Source of the DNA: Candidatus Binatia bacterium
Lineage (GTDB): Bacteria; Desulfobacterota; Binatia; HRBIN30; BPIQ01
Length of the DNA stretch: 64,000 bases
Direction of reading: 5' to 3'
NCBI GenBank assembly: GCA_026004195.1
Contig: BPIQ01000001.1
Span: forward strand, 461,871 to 525,870
The notes beneath the pieces were generated by a model. It saw only the letters and a list, made by a program, of their open reading frames with translations. It was not told the origin of the DNA and made no database searches. A program made the translations under genes and the position numbers. Shown one piece after another: positions 17,537 to 27,716 of this stretch. Positions within the stretch are counted from its first letter, which is position 1; each line of letters starts with the position of its first letter.

Positions 17537-18490
17537 TCAGTGGAGGAGATCCTTGTCCGACGCCCCGGGCTCCGCCTTGCGGCGCTCTTCCACGTATTCG
17601 CGGAGTTCGCGTTCGGCCTTCCGCAGGTCCGCCTCGTATTTCACCAGGCTGTTGAGCGTCCCGGCCACCATTTCCCCGTCGAGCCGGTCCACGTTGAGCA
17701 GCACGAGTGCCCGAGCCCAGTCGAGGGTCTCGCTGATGCTCGGACCCTTTTTCAGGTCGAGCTGACGGATGCGGTGCACGACCTCGACGAGCTCCCGTGC
17801 CAGCGTTTCGGAAATCCCGGGAACTTTGAGGCGGACGATCTCGAGCTCCTGCGAGACCGGAGGGAAGTCGATGTAGAGGTGGAGGCAACGGCGCTTGAGC
17901 GCGTCGCTCATCTCCCGGGCGTTGTTGCTCGTGAGCACCACGAGCGGGACGTGACGGGCCCGTACCGTCCCGATTTCCGGCACGCTCACCTGGAAGTCGC
18001 TCAGCACCTCGAGCAGAAAAGCTTCGAATTCCGTGTCCGCCTTGTCGATTTCGTCCACGAGCAGCACCGTTCGCCGCTCCGAAAGAATGGCACGCAACAG
18101 AGGACGCGGCAGGAGAAACCGCTCCGAGAAGAACACGTCGTCTTCGGCCGCGATCCGCTCCACGGCCTGGGCCAGCGTGCGGGCTCCGCCCACGACCTCG
18201 TTGATCTTGTCCTTCAGGATCTGGGTGTAGAGAAGCTGTTTCGAGTACTCCCACTCGTAGAGCGCCTTGGCCTCGTCGAGCCCCTCGTAGCACTGGAGCC
18301 GGATCAGTTCGTGGTCGAGCGCGCGGGCGAGAACCTTGGCCAACTCCGTCTTCCCCACCCCGGCAGGGCCCTCCACGAGGATCGGCTTTTCGAGCTTGGC
18401 GGCCAGGTAGACGACGGTCGCGATCCGCCGGTCGCAGATGTAATGCAGTCGCGCGAAGCGCTCGATGACCTCGTCGATGGACTGGAACAC
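17537..18490 (-). CDS. MoxR-family AAA+ ATPase (CoxD-like)
   Basis: Walker A LVEGPAGVGKTELAK, Walker B VLLVDEIDKA, …LVVLTSNNAREM…. Confidence 0.85.
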   Translation of the reverse strand: MFQSIDEVIERFARLHYICDRRIATVVYLAAKLEKPILVEGPAGVGKTELAKVLARALDHELIRLQCYEGLDEAKALYEWEYSKQLLYTQILKDKINEVVGGARTLAQAVERIAAEDDVFFSERFLLPRPLLRAILSERRTVLLVDEIDKADTEFEAFLLEVLSDFQVSVPEIGTVRARHVPLVVLTSNNAREMSDALKRRCLHLYIDFPPVSQELEIVRLKVPGISETLARELVEVVHRIRQLDLKKGPSISETLDWARALVLLNVDRLDGEMVAGTLNSLVKYEADLRKAERELREYVEERRKAEPGASDKDLLH

Positions 18491-18600
18491 GACCGGAACC
18501 TCCGTCGACCGAAGCTACCACGCCCCCCGCGGCCAGACAACGGCGAGCCGGCGGTCGCGTTGCCGAAGGCCGGAGCCGCCCGTTATGATGCTCGTGCTGC

Positions 18601-19362
18601 ATGTGCACGCTCGCCGTCTACTTCCGGGCTTCCCGCCGTTATCCCCTGCTCCTCGCCGCCAACCGCGACGAGTTCCTCGCGCGGCCCACGCGCGAACCGG
18701 CCGTGCTCGACGAGCGGCCGTGGATCGTCGCCGGCTTGGACCTCGAGGCGGGAGGAACCTGGCTCGGCCTTCACGCCTCGGGACTCGTGGCGGCGATTCT
18801 CAACCGGCGGACTTCCGGAGGACCGGACCCGACCCTGCGGTCGCGCGGTCTCCTCTGTCTCGAAGCGCTCCGCCAGGGCTCGGTCGAGCGGGCACTCGCC
18901 TTTCTCCGGGCCCAGGATCCCTCTCGCTACAACCCGTTTCATCTCCTGCTGGCCGACGGAGCTCGCGCCGTCCTGGTTCGGAACCGCCAGGCGGGGTTCG
19001 AGGAGCGAGAGTTGCGAGCCGGTCTCCACCTGGTGAGCAACCTCGATCTCGACGACCCGACTTGCCCGCGCATCGCCGGTTCCTACCTGTCGTTCGCCTT
19101 TCTCTGTCCGCTTCTCGATCGCCTGGCCCCTCGCGAGGTCGTGAGCCGCCTCCGACAGGTTCTCTCCCGGCACGAAACACCGCTCGACCCCCGAGACCCG
19201 GAGACGTCGGGAAGCCTCTGCGTCCACCGGGGCCCCTACGGCACGCGCTCCTCCACGGTCGTGCTCCGCGAAGGACCGACCGTCCGGTACTTCCATGCTT
19301 CCGGTCCCCCCTGCCGGTCGAGCTTCGCGGAGGTTCCGGTGCCCGCGGACTCTCCGCCCTGA
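18601..19362 (+). CDS. NRDE-family protein (TANGO2-like, DUF833)
   Basis: Starts MCT…; motif LLLAANRDEF. Confidence 0.8.
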   Translation: MCTLAVYFRASRRYPLLLAANRDEFLARPTREPAVLDERPWIVAGLDLEAGGTWLGLHASGLVAAILNRRTSGGPDPTLRSRGLLCLEALRQGSVERALAFLRAQDPSRYNPFHLLLADGARAVLVRNRQAGFEERELRAGLHLVSNLDLDDPTCPRIAGSYLSFAFLCPLLDRLAPREVVSRLRQVLSRHETPLDPRDPETSGSLCVHRGPYGTRSSTVVLREGPTVRYFHASGPPCRSSFAEVPVPADSPP

Positions 19363-19375
19363 GGGCAGCAATCCC

Positions 19376-19954
19376 GTGCCACCGGATCCCATCGGAAAGT
19401 TCGGGACCTGGTTCGCCCGGGCGCGCCGCGCCGGGGAGCCGCAGCCCGAAGCCATGGCTCTGGCTACCTCGGACCCCAGGGGGAAACCGTCGGTGAGGTT
19501 CGTCCTGCTCAAGCACGTCGACCGCCGAGGGTTCGTCTTTTTCACGGACCGGCGGAGCCGCAAGGGGCGCGAGCTGCGGAACAACCCGAGGGCAGCCGCC
19601 GTCCTTTACTGGCCGCGACTCGGGCGGCAGGTGCGGCTCGAGGGGCGCGTCGAGCCCGTCTCTTCCGACGAGGCGGATCGCTACTGGCGAACGAGGCCCA
19701 AAACGAGCCAGATCGCCGCCTCCGTATCGCGTCAGAGCCGGCGTCTCGCGAGCCGGACCGAGCTCCTGCAGGAGTGGCGGCGGCTCCGAAAACGCTTTGC
19801 GCGGACGGAAGTTCCGAGGCCGGCTTACTGGACGGGCTTCCGTTTGGTACCCGAAACGATCGAGTTCTGGACCCACCGGGCGCACCGTCTCCACCACCGC
19901 GAATGCTTCGTGAGAAGCCCGAGCGGCTGGAAGTCCTTTCTCCTGCAACCCTGA
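19376..19954 (+). CDS. pdxH: Pyridoxamine 5'-phosphate oxidase
   Basis: …DPIGKFGTWFARARRAGEPQPEAMALATSD…RFVLLK…GFVFFT… and C-terminal …IEFWTHRAHRLHHR… GTG start at 19376 with GAGGG 10 nt upstream, just after the NRDE stop; the tracked ORF start is shadow. Confidence 0.72.
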   Translation: MPPDPIGKFGTWFARARRAGEPQPEAMALATSDPRGKPSVRFVLLKHVDRRGFVFFTDRRSRKGRELRNNPRAAAVLYWPRLGRQVRLEGRVEPVSSDEADRYWRTRPKTSQIAASVSRQSRRLASRTELLQEWRRLRKRFARTEVPRPAYWTGFRLVPETIEFWTHRAHRLHHRECFVRSPSGWKSFLLQP

Positions 19955-20009
19955 GAGCTCTCCGCAGCCCTGGACTTCCGTCCGAGCTTGGCGTAAGGAG
20001 CAGCGCGGG

Positions 20010-20972
20010 ATGTGGGGGCGTGGGTTTTTGCTGGTGACGGCCGTGGCTCTACCCCTCGGGGCCACCGCGCCGGGCGCACCGCAGGGCCTGGCATGGCCCG
20101 TAGGGCAGGCCCTTGCGGACAGCACCCCGGAGTCCTCGGGCCTCCGCCGTGTCGGGACGAGTTCCGCCTCGGACCGACCGTCGGAAGACGTTCGGAGACG
20201 GTGCGCCCGGCTCGAGGTGGAACCGGCTCCCCCGGGGAACGGCTCGGCGACGGCGGCGAGCACGGGGAGTGCCCCGACCGCTCCGGGAGCCGGCCCGGAA
20301 GCCCCGCCGGATCCGCCTCCCTCCCGCGAAAAGCAGCTCGAGGCCGAGCTTTCCCGCGAACGAAAGCGTCGAGCCGCGCTCGAGGAAGAACTGCGACGAC
20401 TCCGGGAAGAAGTTTCCGTACCGCCCTTCGCCGAGCCCGAGCATCGCGGCCAGGACGAGCTTTCCGTCCTGCGCGAAGAGCTCCTGGCCGAGCGGAGAGA
20501 GAACCAGCGGCTACTCGGCGCGCTTCGGGACCTGCAGCGGCGCCTTTCGAGCGCGGGCGACGGCCGAGCCGGACGGACGGAAGCTCTCGCTCTCCGGGCG
20601 CGACTCCTCGAGATCGAAAGCCGCCAGCAGGAAGTCCTCTCGAGTCTTTCCCGAACGATCGCGGCCGACCACCGGCGGGAACAGGAACTCTCGCGCCAGC
20701 TCCAGGAGCTCCGCGCCCGGATCGCCAGAGCTTCGGTGGAGCGGCAGCCGGGTGGAGAGCGTTTCGCGAGCCGCGGGGACGCGGAGGTGGAGTCCCTGCG
20801 GGAAGAAAACCGGCGGCTCCAGGCCCTCCTCGCCGAGGAGCGCGAGCGCAACGCGCGTCTCGCCGCCAAACTCAAGCTCGCGGGCCGGGTGACGGAACTC
20901 CTTTTCCGGTTGCGGAAAGCTCGGGCGGGCGAGGAGCCCGGAGAGTCCGACGCTCTCCCCGCCGCACCCTAG
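20010..20972 (+). CDS. Secreted coiled-coil protein (hypothetical)
   Basis: Signal peptide MWGRGFLLVTAVALPLGATAPGA, Pro-rich linker, then ~200 aa of heptad-like E/R/L-rich sequence. Confidence 0.5.
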   Translation: MWGRGFLLVTAVALPLGATAPGAPQGLAWPVGQALADSTPESSGLRRVGTSSASDRPSEDVRRRCARLEVEPAPPGNGSATAASTGSAPTAPGAGPEAPPDPPPSREKQLEAELSRERKRRAALEEELRRLREEVSVPPFAEPEHRGQDELSVLREELLAERRENQRLLGALRDLQRRLSSAGDGRAGRTEALALRARLLEIESRQQEVLSSLSRTIAADHRREQELSRQLQELRARIARASVERQPGGERFASRGDAEVESLREENRRLQALLAEERERNARLAAKLKLAGRVTELLFRLRKARAGEEPGESDALPAAP

Positions 20973-21187
20973 CGCTCGGCGCGGTAGGCGAGCAACGCGC
21001 AACCGAAGCACACGCCCGCGACGAACGCCGACGCGAGAAACCAGCGGGCCACCAGGGGGCTGTCGGCCACCAAGGTGAGCACGGCGAGCGAGGCGAAAAG
21101 AGACGCCGAGGCGACCAAGCCCAGGACGAAAAAAGTCCGGCGCATCGTGCCGTACAGGCGTCGGCGCTCCTCCGGCCCCCACGCCAC
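20969..21187 (-). CDS. Small two-TM membrane protein (hypothetical)
   Basis: 72-aa ORF directly downstream of yqeY on the same strand; two hydrophobic helices. Confidence 0.3.
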   Translation of the reverse strand: MAWGPEERRRLYGTMRRTFFVLGLVASASLFASLAVLTLVADSPLVARWFLASAFVAGVCFGCALLAYRAER

Positions 21188-21190
21188 CGG

Positions 21191-21625
21191 TCACTCCAGC
21201 TTGCGGATCAACTCGCTCGCCAGCTTCGCGTCGAATCTACCCGGATACCTGTCCCGCAAAGCCGCCATCAGAGGCCCGATGGCCTTCGTGCCGAGCTCCC
21301 TGGAGAGTTCGCGGATGGCGTTCTCGAGGGCGGCAGGGTCGAGTTCGGGCGGGAGGTAGCGCTCGAGCACGGCACACTCCCGCTCGTTCCGCTCCACCAG
21401 GTCCGTCCGGCCCGCGTCGCGCGCGAACTCGATCGCTTCGAGCCGTTTTTTTCGCTCCGCGCGCACGAGCCGCAGGACCTCCTCCTCGGCGAGTTCCGCC
21501 TTCCCGGTCTCGACCTTCCGGTTCTTGATGGCCGTAAGGAGCCCGCGCAGCGTGTCGGCTTCCTCCCTGGCGCGGGCTTTGATGGCTCGGACGAGCGCCT
21601 GCTGGATTTCCGATTCGCTCGGCAC
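21191..21625 (-). CDS. GatB/YqeY-domain protein
   Basis: …LLTAIKNRKVETGKAELAEEEVLRLV…ERYLPPEL…LGTKAIGPLMAAL… Start placed at GTG 21625 (AGGGCGAGG upstream), giving a YqeY-like length of about 144 aa; the upstream part of tracked ORF 21191..22099 is shadow. Confidence 0.68.
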   Translation of the reverse strand: MPSESEIQQALVRAIKARAREEADTLRGLLTAIKNRKVETGKAELAEEEVLRLVRAERKKRLEAIEFARDAGRTDLVERNERECAVLERYLPPELDPAALENAIRELSRELGTKAIGPLMAALRDRYPGRFDAKLASELIRKLE

Positions 21626-21638
21626 GGAGCCTCGCCCT

Positions 21639-24207
21639 TCACCCGCGGAAAATCCGGACACCCACCGATACCGCGTCGTTCGCGTCGAGCGTGCCGTCTC
21701 CGTTGGCATCGGCACCGCGCGTCGCAACGAGCCCCGACCGGAACGCGTCCTCCACGGCCCGGCCGTTCGCGCCGGAGACGAGCGCCCTCGCGACGCCCAC
21801 GACATCCGCGGCGTCGATCCGCGTATCGCCGTTCGCGTCTCCCCGGAGGGTTCCGGGTCCCCGTTCGCTCGTGAAGATCGTGACGTTCGAGCCGCCGTCG
21901 TTCGCGGCCGCCACGTCGTAGTCCCCGTCGTCGTCGAAATCCGCGGCGACGACGTCCACGGGGGTGCGACCGGCGACGAGGCAGTTCGGCTCGGGACACG
22001 CGAAGACCGCGGGGTTGAAATACGGAGGCGTGGCGCGCCCGCCGGGCAAGATGCGGATCCGCTCGCCCGTCCGATCGGCGAGGATCGCGTCGAGAACATC
22101 GTCGCCCGTGAGGTCCCGCAACGCCAAACCCGCAGGCACGCTTCCCGTACCGGTCGCCGCGACGGCCGCCGCGAAGGAGCGCCCGCCGAGGTTTTCGAAG
22201 ACGAGCAGTCCCTGCGAGTCCTCGTTCCCCGTGACGAGGTCGAGCCTACCGTCCCGGTTGACGTCGTGCGCCAGCACCCGGAAGGGTCGGCGCCGGGCCG
22301 GAAGGGCCACGGGGGTCTCGAAGCCGAGGTCGCCTCGCCCGAAGAGAACGAAAACGAAGCCCGTGTCCTGGAAGCTCGTCACGGCCACGTCGACCTTCCC
22401 GTCCCCGTCGAGATCCCGCGCCACGAGGCCGAGCGGGAAAATTTCCTCGTCGAGACCCTCGGGGCGCACTGCCACGGCCATGGGCGGCCCGAACTCGAAC
22501 CCTCCCCTTCCCGGCAGGACGACGATCCTCTGCGCGGTCCCCTGCGTGGCTACCAGGTCGACTCTTCCGTCCCCGTCGAAATCCGCCGCGTCGACTCCGC
22601 CTCCTAGAGAGGCGCCCGTCGCGAAGGTCCGAAAGGAACCGAACCCGCCCCTCCCGTCGCCGGGCGCGACGAGGAGACTCTCTCCCGCCGGCAGCACCAC
22701 GTCCGGGTGCGCGTCGCCGTCGAGATCGCGGAGCAGGACCGAGGTCGCGGGCCGGCCGAGCCGGAACTCCCTTCGCACGAACCCCTCGCGCAGCGGCGAA
22801 AGAACCGTGAGCAGGTCGCTGTCCGTGCTCGCGACCACGAGATCGGGCCGCGCGTCGTTCGAAAGCTCCCCGACCGCCAGAGCCTTGGGCTTGGCCCCGA
22901 GCGGCAGGTTTTCGGGCGCAGCGAACCGACCTCCGCCCTCCCCGCGGAGCACCGCGAAGCTCGAGCCCTCCTGGACCACGACGTTCACGGCCACGAGATC
23001 GAGGAGGTCGTCGCCGTCGAAAAGACCCACGAGGACGGCCGAAGTCCCCGCGTCGCTCAGGAAGTCGCGGCGCCGCGGAAAGTTTCCCGAACCGTCCCCG
23101 AACGCCACGGTCACGTCGTACGAAAGATTGTTCGCGAGTGCCACGTCCAGATGACCGTCGCCGTCGAAGTCTCCCGCCGCGATGCCCACGGGCTGGATCC
23201 CCGCCGGAAACGACCTGGGCGCACCGAATCCCGCGTTTCCATCGCCCCGGACGAACGTGAACGCATTCTGGTCTCTCGATGCCAGGATCACGTCGAGGAC
23301 GCCGTCCTCGTCGAAATCGGCGAGCACGGCCGCCCGCGGCGAGGAGCCACAGGGGTATTCCACCCCTTCCTCGAAGCGGCCGGAGCCGCCGTTCCGAAAA
23401 ACCGTGATGTCGTTCGAGTTCCGGTTGACGGCCACGATGTCCGGGTCCCCGTCTCCGTCCAGGTCCCCCACGAGCGCCGCGACGGGCAAGGCCCCGGTAG
23501 CCAGCTCCCCGTCCTCCGAAACCCGGAAGCGCCCGTCTCCCGACCCCAGCAAGACCACCACGGAGCCCAATTCCTCCCCGTTGACGACGACCGCGTCGAG
23601 GTGGCCGTCCATGTCGACGTCGAGCCCTTCTCCGCCTTCCACTTCCGCGGCCACGGCCACGGGCGCGTCGAGAACGACCACGCATCGCTCGCGGTTGCAC
23701 TCTCCGGCGCTCCCGCAGGGTCTTCCCCGAGATGGCGCACACGCCCTCGTCACAGGTCTCGACCGGGGGGCAGTCGGCGGACACCTCGCAGGCCCCGCCC
23801 GAGAACTCGCACAGGCCCGGCGTCGACACGACCGCATCCTGCGGACACGTGGGGCCGCCCGTACCCCGTAAAACCGCCACGGAACCCGCGTCCACCGCGA
23901 GGAGGTCCCGCAGGCCGTCCTCGTCGAAATCTCCCGTTCCGAGAGCCAGTGTCTGCACGGGCGCCGGGCAGTCCTCTTGAGGCCGGAAGGTACCGTCCCC
24001 GAGTCCGAAAAACGCCGCGACCGTGCTCGCCTGCCCCGCGGGAAAGAAGAGGTCGAGATTTCCGTCGCCGTTCAGGTCCGAGGCAACCTGCCCCGTCGTT
24101 CCCCCGAAGATTTCTTCGATCCGCGCGGTCCGGAACTGCGGCTGCGCCCAGGTCGAGCCGGCCCATGCGAGAGTTCCGAAGAAAACGAGCCCCAGAGAAA
24201 TCCGCAT
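21639..24207 (-). CDS. FG-GAP/VCBS-repeat (integrin-alpha-like beta-propeller) protein with signal peptide, Cys-rich linker and C-terminal dockerin-like Ca-binding repeats; reading frame interrupted by a +1 frameshift in a G4 run (~23725-23728)
   Basis: N-terminus (24207 downward) MRISLGLVFFGTLAWAGSTWA plus FG-GAP repeats (DLNGDGNLDL; GDFDEDGLRDL) continues as tracked ORF 21639..23837 (many …DxDGDGxxD… repeats; C-terminal GDANGDTRIDAADVV…ADANGDGTLDANDAV). Removing one G from CTCGGGGAAG joins …GVCAISGRPCGSAGECNRERC… in a single frame. Confidence 0.65.
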
Positions 24208-24260
24208 GCCTCACCTCCCAGGGTCGGGTTCCAAGCCGATGCCTTCCCACCGGACAAAAG

Positions 24261-24920
24261 TCAATGGATGCGGTCCCCGAGCCTTTCCCACCGGACCCAA
24301 CGGTCGTTCCCGTCCCAGGACCAGTAAATCAAAAACGCCTTTCCCTTGATGGCATCGAGGTCGACGAAAGGGCTCGGCTTTCCGTCGATCGTCCAGAAGC
24401 GACTGTCGTAGCTGCGGTCCCGATTGTCGCCGAGGACGAACACTTTGCCCGGGGGAACGACCAGAGGACCGTAGTTGTCGCGCGGTCCCAGCGTCGTGCC
24501 GTTCTCTCCGTCCGCGAAATAGGCGTGGCAGTCCTGGGCCAACGTGCCGTTGACGTAAACCTTCTTGTCGCGGATCTCGATCGTGTCCCCTTCCACGGCC
24601 GCGACGCGCTTGATGAAGTCCTTGCTCGGGTCCACCGGATACACGAAGACGATCACGTCGCCGCGACGGGGCCGCGAGAACGCGTAGAGCCGCTTGCCGA
24701 GGAAAGGGACCCGCGGGCCGTAGACCAGTTTGTTGACGAGGATGTAATCCCCGATCTGCAAGGTGGGTTCCATCGAGCCCGAAGGGATCTTGAACGCCTG
24801 GACGACGAACGTACGGAGGAGCAGCGCGAGGAGGACCGCGGTACCGAGCGCCTCGGCGTACTCCCGGGCCGCCGACTTCTTTTTCGTCGCTTCCGACGCG
24901 GGTTCGTGTTTCCTGGCCAC
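24261..24920 (-). CDS. lepB: Signal peptidase I
   Basis: …IPSGSMEPTL…, …GDNRDRSYDSRFW…. Confidence 0.9.
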   Translation of the reverse strand: MARKHEPASEATKKKSAAREYAEALGTAVLLALLLRTFVVQAFKIPSGSMEPTLQIGDYILVNKLVYGPRVPFLGKRLYAFSRPRRGDVIVFVYPVDPSKDFIKRVAAVEGDTIEIRDKKVYVNGTLAQDCHAYFADGENGTTLGPRDNYGPLVVPPGKVFVLGDNRDRSYDSRFWTIDGKPSPFVDLDAIKGKAFLIYWSWDGNDRWVRWERLGDRIH

Positions 24921-24934
24921 TGTTTCCCCCGCGG

Positions 24935-26719
24935 TCAGGTTCCGACCTTGAGTACGGCCAGGAACGCCTCCTGCGGGATCTCGACGCGCCCGACCTGTTT
25001 CATGCGGCGCTTGCCTTCTTTCTGCCTTTCGAGAAGCTTCCGTTTGCGCGTCACGTCACCGCCGTAACACTTCGCGGTCACGTTCTTCCGGAGGGGCTTG
25101 ACGACCTCGCGCGCCACGACCTTCGACCCGACGGCTGCCTGGATCACGACCTCGAAAAGCTGGCGCGGGATGAGCTCCCTCATTTTCTGGGCGAGTTCGC
25201 GTCCCCGAACGTACGCCTTTTCCCGGTGGACGATCGACGAAAGGGCGTCGAGCGGCTCGCCGTTGATCCTCAGGTCGAGTTTCACCAGGTCGCCCGGGCG
25301 CCATTCCAGGAACTCGTAGTCGAGCGAAGCATAGCCGCGCGTCAGGGACTTGAGCCGGTCGTAGAAGTCGAGCACCACTTCGCTCAGGGGTAACTCGTAG
25401 CGCAGGAGAAAGCGCCCGCGGCCCAGGAACCTGAGTTCCCTCTGCACCCCTCTTTTTTCCTCGCAGAGACCCAGCACCGAACCGAGCGCCTCCTCCGGCA
25501 CGTGGATCGTGGCGAGGATGAAAGGTTCCTCGATGGCCGCGATCTTCTGCGGGGGCGGAAGTTTGGCGGGACTGTCCACCGAAAGCGTCTCGCCGGCCGT
25601 GGTCCGGACCCGGTACTCCACCGTCGGGGCGGTGGCGATCAGCGCGAGCCCGAACTCGCGCTCGAGCCGTTCCCGCACGATGTCCATGTGAAGGAGCCCG
25701 AGAAACCCGCACCGGAAACCGAAGCCGAGAGCGGAGGACGTCTCCGGTTCGTACGTGAAGGACGAGTCGTTGAGCCGGAGCTTTTCGACCGCGTCCCGGA
25801 GCGCCCCGTACTGCTGCGTCTCGACGGGGTAGAGACCGCAGAACACCATCGGCTTGACCGGCCGGAATCCCGGCAGGGGGACCGCCACCCCGCGCTCGGC
25901 GTACGTGATGGTGTCTCCGATCTGCGTGTCCCGGACTTCCTTGATGCCGGCCATCACGAAGCCCACCTCCCCGGGACCGAGCTCTTCCACCTCGACGGGC
26001 CGAGGCGTGAAGACGCCCACCCGGGAGACTTCGAACACCTTCCCGGTCGCCATCATCCGGATCCTCACGCCACGGCGCAGCACGCCGTCGAAGACCCGCA
26101 CGACGCAGACGGCTCCGTGGTACGAGTCGAACCAGCTGTCGAACACGAGCGCCCGGAGCGGCTCCTGCCGACTTCCCCGCGGAGGGGGAACGACGCGCAA
26201 GATCCCCTCGAGGACCTCGCGGATGCCCCGTCCCTCCTTGGCGCTCACGAGCAGGGCCGAACTCGCGTCGAGCCCCACGATGTCCTCGATCTCGGCGCGC
26301 ACACGGTCGGGATCGGCACTCGGCAAGTCGATCTTGTTGATCACGGGCAGGATCTCGAGGTCGTGTTCCAGAGCCAGGTAGGCGTTCGCCACGGTCTGCG
26401 CCTCCACGCCCTGCGTCGCGTCGACGACCAGGATGGCTCCCTCGCACGCCGCGAGGCTACGGGACACCTCGTAGGAAAAGTCGACGTGGCCCGGGGTGTC
26501 GATGAGGTTCAGGACGTAGTCTCCGTATCGCAACCGCACGGGACTCGCCTTGATCGTGATCCCCCGCTCGCGCTCGAGCTCCATGCTGTCGAGCATCTGC
26601 TCGGTTTTTTCCCGCTCGCTCACGGCCCCGGTGATCTCGAGGAGGCGGTCCGCCAGGGTGGACTTGCCGTGGTCGATGTGGGCGACGATGCAGAAGTTCC
26701 GGATCCGAGCGAGGTCCAT
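24935..26719 (-). CDS. lepA: Elongation factor 4
   Basis: [27 protein letters not shown]… translational GTPase; 594 aa; classic lepA-lepB pairing. Confidence 0.95.
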   Translation of the reverse strand: MDLARIRNFCIVAHIDHGKSTLADRLLEITGAVSEREKTEQMLDSMELERERGITIKASPVRLRYGDYVLNLIDTPGHVDFSYEVSRSLAACEGAILVVDATQGVEAQTVANAYLALEHDLEILPVINKIDLPSADPDRVRAEIEDIVGLDASSALLVSAKEGRGIREVLEGILRVVPPPRGSRQEPLRALVFDSWFDSYHGAVCVVRVFDGVLRRGVRIRMMATGKVFEVSRVGVFTPRPVEVEELGPGEVGFVMAGIKEVRDTQIGDTITYAERGVAVPLPGFRPVKPMVFCGLYPVETQQYGALRDAVEKLRLNDSSFTYEPETSSALGFGFRCGFLGLLHMDIVRERLEREFGLALIATAPTVEYRVRTTAGETLSVDSPAKLPPPQKIAAIEEPFILATIHVPEEALGSVLGLCEEKRGVQRELRFLGRGRFLLRYELPLSEVVLDFYDRLKSLTRGYASLDYEFLEWRPGDLVKLDLRINGEPLDALSSIVHREKAYVRGRELAQKMRELIPRQLFEVVIQAAVGSKVVAREVVKPLRKNVTAKCYGGDVTRKRKLLERQKEGKRRMKQVGRVEIPQEAFLAVLKVGT

Positions 26720-26750
26720 GGCCCCAAGATCCCGCGCGCCGCGCCCGGCT

Positions 26751-27716
26751 TCAAGCCCGCTCCGGGAAGAGGATCTGCCGGAAGTAATCGATCGTCCGGC
26801 GCAGTCCTTCTTCGAGGGGCACCCGGGGTTCCCACCCGAGCAGCTTCCGCGCTTTCGTGATGTCCGGTCTCCGCGTGTGCGGATCGTCCCGCGTCCGCTC
26901 GTCCTCGGGAACCACGAAGACGATCTCGGATCGGCTCCCCGTGAGCCGGCGGACGAGGTGGGCGAATTCCAGAATCGTCATTTCTTCCGGGTTTCCCAGA
27001 TTGACCGGCTCCACCTCCTCGGAATCGAGAAGGCGCACCATCCCCTCGACCAGGTCGCTCACGTAACAGAAGCTCCGCGTCCTCGCGCCGTCGTCGTACA
27101 CGGTCAGGGGCTCCCCCCGCAGCGCCTGTGCCACGAAGTTGGTCACCACCCGCCCGTCGTCGGGACGCATCCTCGGCCCGTAGGTGTTGAAGATCCTGCA
27201 GATCCTGGTCTCGAGACCGTGGTACCGATGGTAGGCCATCGTAAGGGCCTCGGCAAAGCGCTTCGACTCGTCGTACACCCCCCGAGGTCCGGTCGGGTTC
27301 ACGTTGCCCCAGTAGCTCTCCGGTTGAGGGTGCACCTGGGGGTCCCCGTAGACTTCGGAGGTCGAAGCGAGAAGAAAGCGGGCCTTCTTGGCCCGGGCGA
27401 GGCCGAGCGCCTTGTGCGTTCCCAGGGCACCGACTTTCAGCGTCGGAATGGGTTTGCGCAGGTAGTCCACGGGGCTCGGAAGGGAGGCGAGATGAAGCAC
27501 GGCGTCCACCGGGCCGTCCACGTACACGTAGTCCGTCACGTCGAGCTTGATGAGCCGGAAGTTCGGGTGGCCCATCAGGTGCTCCACGTTCCGCGGGTGC
27601 GAGGTGCTGAAGTTGTCGATGGCGATCACGGAATTCCCGTCGGCGAGAAGCCGGTCGGCGAGGTGCGAGCCGATGAACCCCGCCCCGCCCGTGACGACGA
27701 CGCGTTTTCCCGTCAT
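26751..27716 (-). CDS. UDP-glucuronate decarboxylase (UDP-xylose synthase), NAD-dependent SDR
   Basis: Start at [19 protein letters not shown] (ATG 27716, ATGA overlap with the ugd stop). …YDESKRFAE… catalytic YxxxK. The 50 upstream codons of the tracked ORF are rejected. Confidence 0.82.
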   Translation of the reverse strand: MTGKRVVVTGGAGFIGSHLADRLLADGNSVIAIDNFSTSHPRNVEHLMGHPNFRLIKLDVTDYVYVDGPVDAVLHLASLPSPVDYLRKPIPTLKVGALGTHKALGLARAKKARFLLASTSEVYGDPQVHPQPESYWGNVNPTGPRGVYDESKRFAEALTMAYHRYHGLETRICRIFNTYGPRMRPDDGRVVTNFVAQALRGEPLTVYDDGARTRSFCYVSDLVEGMVRLLDSEEVEPVNLGNPEEMTILEFAHLVRRLTGSRSEIVFVVPEDERTRDDPHTRRPDITKARKLLGWEPRVPLEEGLRRTIDYFRQILFPERA

